Below, piece after piece: positions 1 to 12,989 of a stretch of DNA of 64,000 nucleotides (positions within the stretch are counted from its first letter, which is position 1; each line of letters starts with the position of its first letter). Origin of the DNA: Camelus ferus. Taxonomy: Eukaryota. The stretch is from NCBI RefSeq assembly GCF_009834535.1, contig NC_045698.1, forward strand, positions 3,536,001-3,600,000. The letters run 5' to 3'. Made by a program: the position numbers and the translations under genes. Under the pieces are notes generated by a model. That model made no database searches and was not told where the DNA came from. It saw nothing but the letters and a program-made list of their open reading frames with translations.

Positions 1-170
1 ACACGATGCGTATCATTAATATGTAAGAAGGTGCCAATGCCTTAGCAGAGATGCGCTTTTCTTACTTGGTGTCTGTAAGTGGTTTAACAGCATCTGTTCC
101 ATCTTCCAATAAAGGAGGCATGAGTAGCTCTTAAAACATCAGGTTTCTAACTGCGACACATACATTCCAG

Positions 171-343
171 ACCATCAAATGGAGGGAAGTTCTGTGCGGG
201 CTCCGCTCGAGCTCTGAAGCTTTGCAACAGTCAGAAATGTCCCCACGGCAGCGTCGACTTCCGCGCCCTGCAGTGCGCCGCGTACAACGGCAAACGGTTC
301 CGAGGATGGCACTACAAGTGGGAGCCCTACACCCACGTGGAAG
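171..343 (+). CDS. ADAMTS16: Coding exon (~exon 13): end of TSR1 and start of Cys-rich domain
   Basis: cattccag|A...GAAG|gtagat; 173 nt; PSNGGKFCAGSARALKLCNSQKCPHGSVDFRALQCAAYNGKRFRGWHYKWEPYTHVE. Not in the ORF track. Confidence 0.95.
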
Positions 344-380
344 GTAGATCTCAGGCCCCGCTTCCTTGGGCTTTGCTGTC

Positions 381-486
381 TTTTTCTTTTTTTTAACTGA
401 AGTATAGTCAGGTACAGTGTGTCAGTTTCTGGTGTCCAGCATAAGGAGTTTGAGATTTGCAAATGATAACCACTATAAATAAAAAT
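381..486 (-). mobile_element. Very short 5'-inverted L1 3'-end insertion
   Basis: Poly-T plus gaagtatagtcag...ggtgtccagcat, then 445-486 matches the reverse complement of the L1 copy at about 45269-45310; degenerate TSD gggctttgctgtc / ggactttactgtc. Confidence 0.7.
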
Positions 487-2256
487 GGACTTTACTGTCC
501 TGACTCTTTAAAGAAACACCTGGTCAATAGTGTGGGATCCAGACAGACCGAATATTGCCATGCGAGGGCAATGTCACTGGTTGTTCTCGCATTGTTAGTC
601 TGATTCTGCTGGCCCTGTGGCCACTGGCCTCTTACCTACAGTTGACCAGTTGTGAGCTCGGAAAAAAGAGAGTGAGACCATGTGTGCAGAACACCATTAA
701 ATCTTCAAAGCAGTGATAAGACACTCAACGTAGATGCTTTGTTGATAAAGAATCAATTCTTTTTTAATTACAAATCACCGAAGTTGATGGTGATATGGCT
801 ATAAGCATGTCACCCACTGAACACTTAAAATGGCCAAAGAACGAAAGAAAAAAGTTTGGATCTTTTGGAAAATCAGACAGTATGCTATATTTGGAAAGTC
901 TGTATCTATAAATTATAAATGCAGATGTTCATTTGTACCACATGTAAGATTTTACTATCCAGCTAGAGGGAAATATGGATTATTCTTATGATTATAATAG
1001 CTTGAACCCAGTACCTCGAATAGGATAATTTGAGGATAAATTCGAAGAACATTTAATCACCTCCTTGTTTGAGGTTGAGAATATTGTCCAAGAACCACTT
1101 GAGAAATACGTAAGTTGGGCCAGCTTATCTGACATTTACTTTCACCATCACAGTATATAGAATGTTTTCATGGTGAGAGATTTATCAAATTAGTAAAGTC
1201 TGGAAGGAAAATTTATGCAGTTTTATGCAAACCCTTTCTTGTTGTGTTGTTACTCCTGAACTCAGTAAAAATTATGCCAGTGAGAAATGAGTAGGCGGGA
1301 GAAAAAAGTAGGAAAAAACTTTGAAATTGGGGTCAAAAATACGTGTGATAGCCTTGACTTTGCTTGTCTTCAGTAAAGAAATGCACTGATCACAGAAGCA
1401 CGTGTTAAATTTGGTTCTGAGCATTTTTCAGTTGGGTCTCTTATCCTGCAATCAAGAAAATATCTGTACATGAGTCTTGGGCCAGTGAAGACTCCTTAGG
1501 CAGGTAAATTTTTATTATCAACTGTTCCCTTCTTTACCAAGAAGAGAACAAAGGGGAAAACAAAGTTTCTACAAAAGTTCAGAATAGTCATGTAAATGAC
1601 ACATCCTTGAAATGGATTCCCCAGAGGAAGGGAACTTGATCTCCAGCCTCAACTATGTAACGAGGCCTGAATTCTCTGCGTATCAGTACTTTTTGACAAT
1701 CCATTGTATGTATAAAAAAACAGTGCTCTCTGGAGATTTCATCCAAAAGTTACTCCCTTTATCAGTTTAAAAATAGTGTGCAGTTTAGGAAATGTGTTTA
1801 GGAATTTCGTGATTATTTTAATGGTTTTATTACAGCTTATTTGTAACAATTTTGTATATTGCTACAAAATGATAGCGACTTTCTGCATTTCTACGAGAAA
1901 GCAGTTAATGGTACTAGTGATCTGTCAGGACAGTACATTGCAGTTCAAGTCGACAGGTGCTTACTGGATGCCTGCTGTGTGCAACCACTGTATGCAGGAC
2001 AAGGACCAATCAAGGACAGAGCAGAGTGAAATTTAACAGTGAAGCTTTAAAAAAAAAAAAAAAGACAAAACAGAAAATTAAAGGGGAAACTCCAAGCCTA
2101 CTGAGGCAATTCGAAAAAATGTCTGCAATGTGTTATTTTGTGGGAGTTATTTTATGGGCAAAAAAGAAAAAAATAGTCTATCTAAAATTTAGAGCAAAAA
2201 TGATCAGCGCTTAAGTATCTTTCTCATTTGTGTTTGTGTGTGTATTTCTTTTTAAG

Positions 2257-2387
2257 ATCAGGACTTATGCAAACTCTACTGTATCGCAGAAGGATTTGAT
2301 TTCTTCTTTTCTTTGTCAAATAAAGTCAAAGATGGGACTCCATGCTCGGAGGATAGCCGTAATATTTGTATAGATGGGATATGTGAG
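2257..2387 (+). CDS. ADAMTS16: Coding exon (~exon 14): Cys-rich domain
   Basis: ttctttttaag|AT...GAG|gtaata; 131 nt; (D)QDLCKLYCIAEGFDFFFSLSNKVKDGTPCSEDSRNICIDGICE. Not in the ORF track. Confidence 0.96.
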
Positions 2388-2396
2388 GTAATAACG

Positions 2397-2720
2397 ATCA
2401 TTCATTCGTTCAACAAACATCTCCCGACAGTCTACTTTGGGCCAGGCACCCTGTAAGGGGCAAGAGAGACCAGACATTTAAAACGTACCCTTTCCCTCCA
2501 AGTCACTGTCCAGCAGGGGTGAAAGTGAGCTGGAGATGCACAGGGGTTTGTGGCAGCGGAGGTGTGAACAGAGCACAGGCAGAAAGGAGGAGCTGGTTCT
2601 CTCTCAGATGTGGACCTGAGAGATTTGCAGGGCCCCTCAGGGAAGGGAGCTCAATCAAGAGGGTGAGCTGGAAGAGGGGTATGGGCGGAGCAGGGAGGGG
2701 ACACGGTGCTGCAGGAAATC
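2397..2720 (-). mobile_element. L2 3'-end relic
   Basis: tcattcattcgttcaacaaacat...ctactttgggccaggcacc, a typical L2 terminus; far boundary approximate. Confidence 0.55.
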
Positions 2721-3441
2721 ACGGGCTGGTAGGACCCGACTCCATCGTCACTGGGAGGCAGGCAGGAGCTGGGGGATGCCGAGGGAGCCCAGTGGAGGGG
2801 GAGACCCTCTCAAAGGGCCGTTTGCAGCCAGGACAAGGGGTTGGGCTTTTTTTATCCTCGTGTCCCTGGGGACCAGACCAGCGAAGTAGCAGGGTCAGAT
2901 TGCAGTAGTGGGGTCAGATTGCAGTAGCCCAGTGGTGGAACAAGTAAATCAAACAGGGACAGCTGACAGCCAGAGGCCACTATGCGGGGGTCTCAGGAAG
3001 CTGGGCGGCCTCCCTCTGTTGGGGAGGGACTTAGGACACAGGCTGGGGAGGGTTGGCGGCTCAGTGAACACAGAGCTCTGAGTGGGTCGCCACGTGCAGA
3101 AGGGATGGATTTTACTGCAGACAAAGGGAGGGTGTCACATGCAGTGGTCAGATGCACTGCAGGTAAATCACAGGCTTTCCAATGAAGAAGTTCCTCAATA
3201 TCCGTCTTCAGTGGAGTCCAAAGACCTTGGTCCCAGGCCTAAATTTCTCTAAGGTGTATGACCCTGACCACGGTCAAGTTGAGTCACCCACTAAGACCCT
3301 CTGCAATCGTTTGAGTGCATGAAGATTAGATTAAATGATTCTGTTAAGATCTCTTTCAGTTTTAAAATACTCAAAGCTCTACCCTTGGTGTCTATTCATT
3401 GATTTGTTAAATATGACATTCTTTTTAGAAATTCTTAATAA

Positions 3442-3750
3442 TACAGTGTCGAAGCCCCTTATTTGTAATTCTGAAACCCAAAAAGCTGTGAAGCAGAAAG
3501 TTTATTTGGAGGCAAAATATAACCTAAATTTATTTGGTCGCAAAACTACTTTGAGCTGATGTGGGACTGTGAGTGACGTTTATCGCGCTCAGTGTGGAAG
3601 TGTGTGCATTTTAAAAACCTCATTGCTGCCCCAGGCTCCGCTGGGACTCTCACGTTATATGCATAAGATGTTAAGTACCTTCCTAAAATCAAAAAAGCTC
3701 TGCATTCTAAAGTGTATCTGCCCTCGGATTTCAAACAAGGGAGGGTGGAC
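3442..3750. mobile_element. Probable Tigger-like (TcMar) non-autonomous DNA transposon relic
   Basis: Starts tacag; ccccttatttgtaattc at the left end loosely inverted with gatttcaaacaaggg at the right end; family not resolved. Confidence 0.35.
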
Positions 3751-4318
3751 CAGAGTTACTTCCCGTCCGAATGGGATTTTTGCATATCTAGACGATATTC
3801 TTTGTTAGGAAATGTGCAACTAGCAAGCATCATGGAATTTACAAAGAGCTGCTAAAACTGGAAGACAGGAACCAAACGTGCCCATGACGTAGTTACTGCC
3901 GAGAATAATCGTCCGGGGCCTGTGCTCCTTCTTCGCCTCTGCACAAGGCGAGTCAAAAGCCCGAGGTGTGCTCCCGCGGGCCCTCGTGACACCACAGTGC
4001 TTGTCACTTGTGCTCAGTGCCTTAAGCCAGCCTGAAACGTACCTGCGCTTCCAACACGGCAGCCTGATAGATTTAATTCGGGGCTCGAGGTAGGACGGTT
4101 GTGTAGCCGTGGGAAGAGGACAGGTTCTGCCGGCCCCGGCTCTCGTCCTCCGGATCCAGGTGTGGGGAGGCAGCCTCCCAGTGCACACCGGGTGTCCGTG
4201 AATATTCGTTCACTCTCCCGTGTCAGTGAAACTTCCAAGGGTCCGGGGAACAGGTGTGTGACTTCCCTCCTCTTGTCTTTTCTTTCATGACTGGCACGTG
4301 GCCTGGCGGGTCCCGCAG

Positions 4319-4442
4319 AGAGTGGGCTGTGACAACGTCCTGGGATCCGACGCCGTGGAAGACGCCTGTGGTGTGTGCCGGGGAAATAACTCGGACTGCA
4401 CGACGCACAAGGGCCTGTACGCCAAGCAGCCCCGCTCCAACC
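4319..4442 (+). CDS. ADAMTS16: Coding exon (~exon 15): end of Cys-rich domain and start of spacer
   Basis: tcccgcag|AGA...AACC|gtgagt; 124 nt; RVGCDNVLGSDAVEDACGVCRGNNSDCTTHKGLYAKQPRSN. Confidence 0.96.
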
Positions 4443-4835
4443 GTGAGTCCGCCCGGCGGCCTGCGGGGCCCGGTGGGTTGGAACGAACCGCTTGACGGGA
4501 CAGCGGGACACGGAGTGAAAGCACGGGCAGGCGGAGTCCTGAGAGCCCCACGCAGACTCCTGCCCTGCCTCGCCTCCCAGACCTCCTGTCGTGATGGGCA
4601 GTGGTTGCCAGGTTATTGGAATTAAAATGGTTCTTAGAAACAGTGGAAATAACAACAGCTCTGTTCCAATTGAAAAACGAATTAATTTTTTTTTTAAAGT
4701 GGTGATGAGGTGAAATCATGCCACAGTGTTTGGCATGCTCGCGGACAAGGGGCACTGTGGACGGACTTCTGACCGGGAGAGATTTTAAGGATAAAGTCAG
4801 AATTTAATCTGGAGCTCAGTCTTGGTTTTTGTTTT

Positions 4836-4862
4836 CAAAACAAAACAAAACAAAACAAAAAC
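4836..4862 (+). repeat. (CAAAA)n microsatellite
   Basis: Five perfect caaaa units. Confidence 0.9.
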
Positions 4863-5275
4863 ACCAAGCTGGGTGGTAACAAAAATGCATAGAAAAAGAG
4901 TCTGGATAAAAGTGCCCCACAATATGGTGATATTATGGATAGCTTTGTTTATTTTTTATTTTTGCTTTTTTTTTAAATTGAAGTATAATTGATTTACAAT
5001 GTTTCGTGTTTTTAGGGGTTTTTTTTTTATTCTGATTTTTCTACCATGAGCATGTTGACACTTTACAATCAGGAAAAATTATTTTTAAAGGACTTTTAAC
5101 TTAAAAAAGGGGAAAGAAGTGATTTATGGGGCCCGTGTAACTGATTGCCGAAAGAGATCTTCTCCAGGTTCCAAATTCTGCATCTTGAGGTTTAGTGATG
5201 GAGAACTGGAGGTACCCAGGGATCGGCATTATTGAACGAAGTACCACATGCCCCCCTCCTTTTTCTTTACTCCAG

Positions 5276-5520
5276 AGTATTATCCGATGGTCACCATTCC
5301 TTCTGGAGCCCGGAGCATCCGCGTCTATGAAATGAATGCATCTACCTCCTACATTTCTGTGCGGAATACACTCAAAAAGTACTACCTGAATGGACACTGG
5401 ACAGTGGACTGGCCCGGCCGCTACAAGTTTTCAGGAACTACCTTCGACTACAAACGCTCCTACAAGGAGCCTGAGAGCTTGACTTCCGCGGGGCCAACCA
5501 ACGAGACGCTGGTCGTGGAG
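5276..5520 (+). CDS. ADAMTS16: Coding exon (~exon 16): spacer domain
   Basis: tttactccag|AG...GAG|gtagac; 245 nt; (Q)YYPMVTIPSGARSIRVYEMNASTSYISVRNTLKKYYLNGHWTVDWPGRYKFSGTTFDYKRSYKEPESLTSAGPTNETLVVE. Confidence 0.96.
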
Positions 5521-7317
5521 GTAGACGCCAGCCTCTTGCTTTCAGGGCTTGGATTTCGGGTCTTAGGGAGTTTTGTGGGTTCAAGGCTATTAGCATAATT
5601 TTACATACACAGAAAATTGTTTGCAACTAGACAGCATCTCAGAAGCAAGACTAATCACTCCATAGAGTGAATGGGCCAATGGACTTGTTTTAATCATCTC
5701 TGAAAACATCAGATGAGTGATGGAATTCATGTTTATGCACATCACGCAGTTCCCATTTTTGCATCTTTATCTGTGGATTTGGGCAAAAGTCTGCTTCTCT
5801 CCTGTAAGCTCTGTGGCTGTGAGAAGCAGTCACTGTTGGCTCCCTGGCTGCGCCTGCTTGGGTGGGATCAGCATTCCGCTAAGTCCTGTGGAAATGGGAG
5901 ATGAGAATGCATCACACGGGCCCGGTGCCAGGCAGGGGGTCACACACTCCCCTCCTAGGCAGCCCTTCTGTGTTCTTGCCAGAGCTCAGAGGCTCACAAG
6001 ATCCAGATGGGCGTCTTCTAACAAAGTAATTTGTCCCCATGGGACTGGGCAGATGGTGGCAACAGGCGACGGACGTGCAAATTCTCCACTTTTGCATATT
6101 TCTGTGCACATTTAAAGAAAAGACTTGGTTCAAAAGCTGCCCCCTCCGCCCTCACCTAAGTGTGCAGGTGCGAGCCGCCCAGACGCCCTCCACCTGCTCC
6201 CCTTCCTGCAGCCCCGTCCTGCGGTCCCTGTGTCTTCCTGGGAGCTATCTCATCACACCTCCCGCCTCCACCTCCCGTCGGCCTTGAGCTGCCCCCGCCC
6301 CTTTATAACCCTGTTCACCCTGAATCCTTGCCGGGTCATTTCTCTCCCACCATGGGGGCGTTCAGCTTGATGCTCATGGAGAGAGAGAGATGGGTCAGGG
6401 TCGAAAGTGATAGCAGCTTATTGGGACTTTCCTGGAGGAAGAAGAGTTAACGGGGATTCAGAGTGTCAGGTGGCAGCCGCTTAGTGGCCGTGCCGTGCGG
6501 CCACGTGTCCGGGGCTCCTGCCTGTCCCGCTGCATCTTCCCCAGCTAGACGTGAGCCGTGTCATCTGGGGGAGAGAGAGCTGTGGTGCTGGACTCAGGGA
6601 AGGCCCAGGGACTTTATCTACCGGAACGTCACATCCAGGACCAGGGAGGCTCCGAGGCTCAGAGATGGGGTTCCTATCAACAGGCTAATGGTGAGGTTTC
6701 CAAAAAGCTTCCCACTGGGAGCAGGGGATCTGATACCTGCAGGAGGGAAAAGGTCACTGGTCCATGCGATCGGGTTTCCAGACAGGAGGGGCGGAGTCCA
6801 GTACAATTCCACGTGCTAGTGTGGTCCCAGGTGTGCCCAGCCTGAGAAATCATCTTTTCTCCTGGAGCCACACAGTGCACGTCAGGAGGCAAACGACCTC
6901 TGTATCCGGTCGCAGGAGGAAGTCCTCAGACTCAGCTTTGATCCTGCCTGGATGGCATCCACTTGCTGTTCCGGGCTGTTGCGACCTGGCTAGGAAGCGT
7001 GAAGGAGGTTTTAGGTATCACTTTCTGATTTTCTCAGACGGAGAGGATTGGCAGGAAGGAAGCACGGAGGGAAGAAACCGATACCCTTGTCAGGCTGTAG
7101 AGGCTACGGGGGAGGCCCTAGGCATGAGGCAGAGGAGCTGGTAGCGGGGAGTCTGTTCCTGCTTAGAAGGTGAATGCGAACTTTGGAGGACTTGTATTTT
7201 ATCTTCATCTTCACCTTTTTGTTGATATCGCTGATGCTTCAAGTCATTTAAAACAAATTAGCTCCTGTTTATCGGTCCCACTTTAACTCGTTTCCTTTTC
7301 CCTTTCTTGGTTTGCAG

Positions 7318-7456
7318 CTTCTGCTTCAGGGAAGGAACCCGGGCATCGCCTGGGAGTACTCGGTGCCACGGCGGGCGGGTGAGAGGAAGCTCGGCGTCCA
7401 GCCCAGCTACACGTGGGCCACTGTCCGCTCCGAGTGCTCCGTCTCCTGCGGAGGGG
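7318..7456 (+). CDS. ADAMTS16: Coding exon (~exon 17): end of spacer and start of next TSR
   Basis: tttgcag|CTT...GGGG|gtaggt; 139 nt; LLLQGRNPGIAWEYSVPRRAGERKLGVQPSYTWATVRSECSVSCGG. Confidence 0.95.
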
Positions 7457-10400
7457 GTAGGTCGCTTCCCGCCGCCGTCCTGGTGGTGGGCACGGGGCGG
7501 TCCGCACTGGTCCTCCTCACGCCCCGGGGGGAGCCCAGTGGAGAGCAGTGGTGCAGAGCATCACCGAAAGCCTGAGCCACTCTCTCCCATCTAGCTACGT
7601 CAGCGTGTGGCCTCGAGGAGGCGGCTCAGTGAACTGGCTTCTGCTTTTCATCTAACAGAAGATCTTTTAAAGGGTAACTTTGCTATCTGAGATTATTCAG
7701 ATGACAGTCACACAAATGATTATATAGCTCATGTTGGTGAGAAGCAGACACTTGCTTGGAAACTACAGTGGTCCAGGGTGAGGTTTTTATCAAATGGCAT
7801 TGTTCAAAAGTATTGGAAAGGAATCTGCTGTAAAGTTATATACCTAAATTCACTCAGAAAGTGTAAGAATTTTAGGAAAGTTGCAATGAAAATGACAAGA
7901 AACAATACATCACAAAGAAGAATTTCACCTGATAGCAGATGGCTTTATCGTGGTGATACCACAGCAATTTTAAGCCCATGTCTAAACTGATAAAGCCGGC
8001 TCACTGGGGGGACTTCCAGCCAGAGCCAGTGTGTAGTATCTGGAGAAGGGTGGGGAGGAAATATTTGCACATTTAGAAACAAATTACTAAGTTCCATCTG
8101 ACATAAAAACCAGACAAGTTTCCACATGGACAAATGGATTCAGCTTTGTGCATTCTGGGTTTTTGTAATTAAGAAATTAATTTAGACAGTACTAGATATT
8201 TAAGTAAAAGATAATGGCACATGAATGTGAATCGCACAAAGACTCTAAAGAATGAATAAGGAAAAAATAAGTGAACTCATGCATTTATAGTTGCTCCAAA
8301 TGAGATGGAGAAAATAAAGGAAAACAGAAAGAGTAACAAAAAAAAAGAGTCTGAAAAGTTAACACTACAAACCTGACGTGTGTTAACTCTTCCCATTGTG
8401 AACTAAGAATGAAATATTTAAATCATATATAAATTCTGACATTAAATGCTTTCTAAGGAAAGGGTAGAATTCCCTTCTGTCCAGCAGAGTGCAAGCAAAT
8501 GGCTCTAATGACCTAGAGAAACACGTGGGCGACCTGCCCCGGCCATGAGCCCATGTAGGAGAAAAAGGAGAGCAGAACCACATCCGCGGGCATCTGTGGG
8601 TGCGACGTGGGAAAACCAGTCTCCATTCCTGCTCACTTCCCGTCCTTTCCCCTGCTGCTCTTAGAGCCACGCCCCACGACTCTGTGGTTCACACTGGCTA
8701 TGCTTGATTTTATCTGTCCGTTTAGAGTATCTAAAAGCATTTGATTAGAATAATAGTCGAATTGTAAAGCCTTGTATTTATGTAAGGACATGACTTGAGA
8801 ACTATCGCTGGTAGCTTTCCGTTTGCTGAAATGTGTGTGCTGAGTCCCGTGGCAGCCCTGTAAGGATGGCTGGTCAGGGAGCGTATTCCGTCAGGACCGT
8901 TTCCCTCGTGCTTTCCCTTAAGAGTGAGTTATATAGAGGGAGACTCGGTTTCCTGCGCCGTGACCGAGTCACTTGTCTCAGGATCCTGAAAACACCGCAT
9001 GAATGATCAGCATGCTTGCAAATCACCTAACTGCCCCTAAAGAATGATTCTCACATTGTTTCTAGAGGAAATCAACCCACAGCCCATTCCCTGATCGTTT
9101 GCCTGAAGGGTGGCTCGGCAGGGTCCACGGGGGGGGGGGCTGCTGGTTTTCAGTGTGGATGGAACATTCCTGGGGAATCGGGGTTTCTCAGTCCAACACC
9201 TGGAAGGCACGTGGGACGCCGTTATCACCGTGTGTAGGATGTGGCTCTTCTGAATGATCCTCCAGTGGAAACCGAGGTGCCTTCCAGCTCCCAGGACTCA
9301 GCACCTAATCAGAGCGTCCGCTCACAGGCCCCGTGTGAGCACTGGGAAAGGGCCCTTTGGAAACCCTGTGGGCTTGCACTGAGGTGGACCCTCCTTGTCT
9401 CCTAAAAGGATGGAAGCACAGCCTCACTCTCCCTTCTCTCTCTCTCTCCTCTCGCGCGCCCTCCGGGATTTTCTTATTTTCTGCACGAGCAAGAGGGAAA
9501 TAAGCACCACGTTACTGGAGTTACTTGAGCACCCGCTGTGTCTCGTCACATCCACGGCCCTGGGGAGCCCTCAGCATGGCTTGCAAGTAGGAAGACCCTG
9601 CACAGGCCGGAGGCCCCGGTCAGGTTCAGGTCTCCCTCATTTTATCTGCATGCTTTGTATTTCAAAGATTTGTACTTGCAGAGACCTCCCAATAACCTGG
9701 ATTCTGAGCTTCCAGAACATCTTTTACTTAACTCTCTTCTTGTGACTTTAATGTCCACAAGGAGGTCTTTAAAGGAACCAGTCAGGGGATTAATGAACGC
9801 GCAGGAGACACCTAGGAATTCCCCCAGCTCTTGCAGAAACAGCTCCGGGCATCAGCCAAGGAAGGGCCCCCGTGTCCTTGTCTGTTCTTGTGGGCCCATC
9901 TCTCTGCAGAAGGTGAGACTTATGGACGGACCCAGGGCACACGGTGCCTCTCGTCCTCTTTTCTGACAGCTGCATCTGCTCTTTTTCCCTTTCCACCCAC
10001 TTTTATGATCCAACCACAGGGGTTTATTTTGGGAGTCCTGCTTGGCTGTGCCCTGACTGGGGCACTGGGGACAGGGTGAGGACCCACGAGGTGGGACACT
10101 CAGCCCAGAGTACTGGGGTGGGGGGTAGGAAACACCTCAGCTGATCGTGTCCGACTCTAAGGCAGAGACTTTTAGATGTGGCAGTGGCTGTGGAATGGCA
10201 TCAGCCATTTCTCAAAGTTACAGATGCTGCACTTTAAAAAAATCAGCCTCTGTGATCTATCTGGTTCTGTGTATTTCAAAGAGTAACTAATTCCAAACCT
10301 CTGACTTACTTCCAAGTGAAAAGACTTACTAAGACTTGGCTTATAGCTTTGTTTAATCTCTCCAATACGCAGCATCCAGTGTCTGGGGACGTTCATCTTC

Positions 10401-12989
10401 TTCCAAATGAAAATGTTCTGATTCACAGTGAGCTCCTCAGGCAAATCGTGACGCTGGCCTGTGAATCGAGCTCCCTTACGCTTTCCAGGCTCATTCTCTT
10501 CACCACCGACAGGTATTTCTAGGGCTTCAGCTTCAGTTAGTTTAGCGGTTAGGTTTAGAAAATGGGAGAAATATGAATTAGCAACCTTGCCATTGTTTTG
10601 TTGACATGAACGCACTCAGTCATTCATCCAGTCACTGTTCAGTCAGCAAATGTGTATTGGTGCCAGTCTGAACCTCAGACTGTTCAAAACCACGTGGGGA
10701 AAATGTAGAGACCTTTGCTTAGTTCCCTCCGTCTCCGAATTGGATGATGGAACACCAGGGTCTCTGTTGCTGAGTGGCTAATTGGCATCACGGCCAGTTG
10801 GAACGTGGTGCCTCCGTGCATCCCAACCAAGGCCTTAGTGCTTCCGCCCAGCAATTCCAGGCACGGTGCTGAATTCTGAGTCTATAGAGAAAAAACATAC
10901 AGGCTGGCCCTGTCCTCAAAACCATGCGGTCTGGAGGATGGAGTTATAACATACACATCCGTAACACGCGAGATTGTAAACTGTGGTGTGCAGAGGTCCA
11001 TGAGAATTCAGAGGGGACCCCAGGAACATGGTGCAGAGAGTGACGGGTTAGCTGCATTTGAGTATCTGTCGTAGTCAGAGGGGGGGGTCTGAGACAGCGC
11101 TCGAATATCCACACTTCATACCACTCATCTAATTGGCTAAAAGTCAGCTTACCTTTTTCACAGGAACTGCTTCATATTAGATCCACCCCCATCCCCACCT
11201 TCCGAGCATCCTTATGTGTTCTGAATCTTAGAGTAAGAGCACATTTTATTTTGCAAAACTTTACCTAAAGGCTTGAGCTTGTCCTTCTAGGTCCCAGAGA
11301 GCAACTGAAATGATTCTGGCTTTTTCCTCCCTGCCTCGGGTCGCCTTTGAGCCAAGTTCATAAAAACACTTCTATGCCTTTTATGAAGACCCTGATAAAT
11401 TACAAAATACACCCCCTTCTTTAGTCCCCCTGCCTCTCAAGAAAGCAGAGGAGAGGGAAAACAAGTTCATCCCCTGTAGAGGGGATGCTTCCCTGGGGGA
11501 CCTGGACTGTGTGCTGTCCACTCTTGTCCATTTCTTCAAGTGCCCCCCACGGTCCAGGGTGAGGTGGAGAAGCCATCTCATCCACTCTTCCCAAGAAGCA
11601 GGAACCCTTCCCTAGTCCCAGTCTCCCCGCTTCCTGCAGACCTCCCCTCATCAGGGGCATTGAGTTCAAGTCCTGTCCCAGGTCCAGCCCCTCTCACACG
11701 CCCACGGTGGCCACGTGGTCCCGGCAGGCTCCCCTCCCCTCCCTTCCCGCGGTGGACGCGTGTGCACATGTGGGTTTCAAGTCCTGCTGCCTGCTTTTCT
11801 GGTAACCAAACCTGGAACCTTAAAGATGCTAATACCTACAGCAAGGTGAGCGGCATGTGCCGCTGTCCTTTCGGACAGGTCAGTGCTGTCAGGGAAATCG
11901 GATAGTTGGGCCAGTTTCTTGCTAAGCAGAACAGACACACAAGGATGTCACAGACATCCGTAAATGACCATCATCACCACCCTCCAAGCTCTGGTGTGCT
12001 TTAGGGTGCCATGTGCACGGCATGACCATGCCAGGCAGAGCTGTCACTGAAGCACGCCCAGGAATCACTTAGACCCTGAGCTGTTCCCAGGAATTCACAC
12101 CCACTCTGCTTTCCTGGAGTTACCTTCCCTCCTCCGCTTCCAGGATCCTTCCACATGCAGGCGTTACATGTCCGTGATACATTTAGCACTTGTGGCAGAG
12201 ATGATGTATGCGTCTCGTGAAAACACATGCTTTGTTTGTGGGATATTTTCCAGGTTTCTGTGTAGTCTTACTTAAATGATTGGTTTCATTTCCTTTACAA
12301 AAGAAGAAGGCTTTTGGCAACAGTTGGGATTCATGCCATCTTTAGAATTACTGAAAACATAGAGATTCTTTGATATAATCCCAGTCTTTAAAACTGAATA
12401 CCACTCTTCCAGCTACTGGCAAAATATGAAGATTTTTTTCAGTGATTCCCAAAGAGCTGGCCAGAGCTGGCTTCCGTAAAACGAATCTGAGGACATCACT
12501 CACTAAACTCACACCTTCCGTGGCCGGGGTCCAGCTCTGGGCTCTCCCCAGTTAAAGGATTCTTCTCTCTGACTTTCTTCCTTTCTTCTTTGAATTTTAT
12601 ACACTTCTTCTCTCTTATCTATTAATACGGACCATTTCGGGAGTTTGGCGGCTGTGGACATTCCCGTGGACCATGTGATTTTTCTTTCTGACAAAGAGTT
12701 GAGAGGGGGTAAGCACCGTCGAGAAATGGCTTTACAGATGCGCCCTCAGTCAGAGAAGCGATACCTGAGTCCCCGTGAACACTCAGCTAGGTGGCCGAGG
12801 AGACCCCCTCCACAGGAAACTCTTATGAAAACATAATTACCGAAAACCTAGTGTAAAAATAGAACCTGGATACCTTTGGGCCTATGGCTGTCAGTATTTT
12901 TATTTTCTCACGATATCCAGATGTTTGGAAACAAAGGGAGAAACATTTACATTCACCTTGTATCTACTACTGTTTATGTGGAACATTAG

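Noticed and set aside
2892..2927. Duplicated gggtcagattgcagtag
   Set aside because: Simple two-copy slippage duplication, probably in or near an L2 relic.
10172..10615. 147-aa antisense ORF in moderately AT-rich DNA
   Set aside because: GTG start, no recognisable family, no retrocopy hallmarks; a tblastn/BLASTp hit or codon-type conservation would be needed to revive it.
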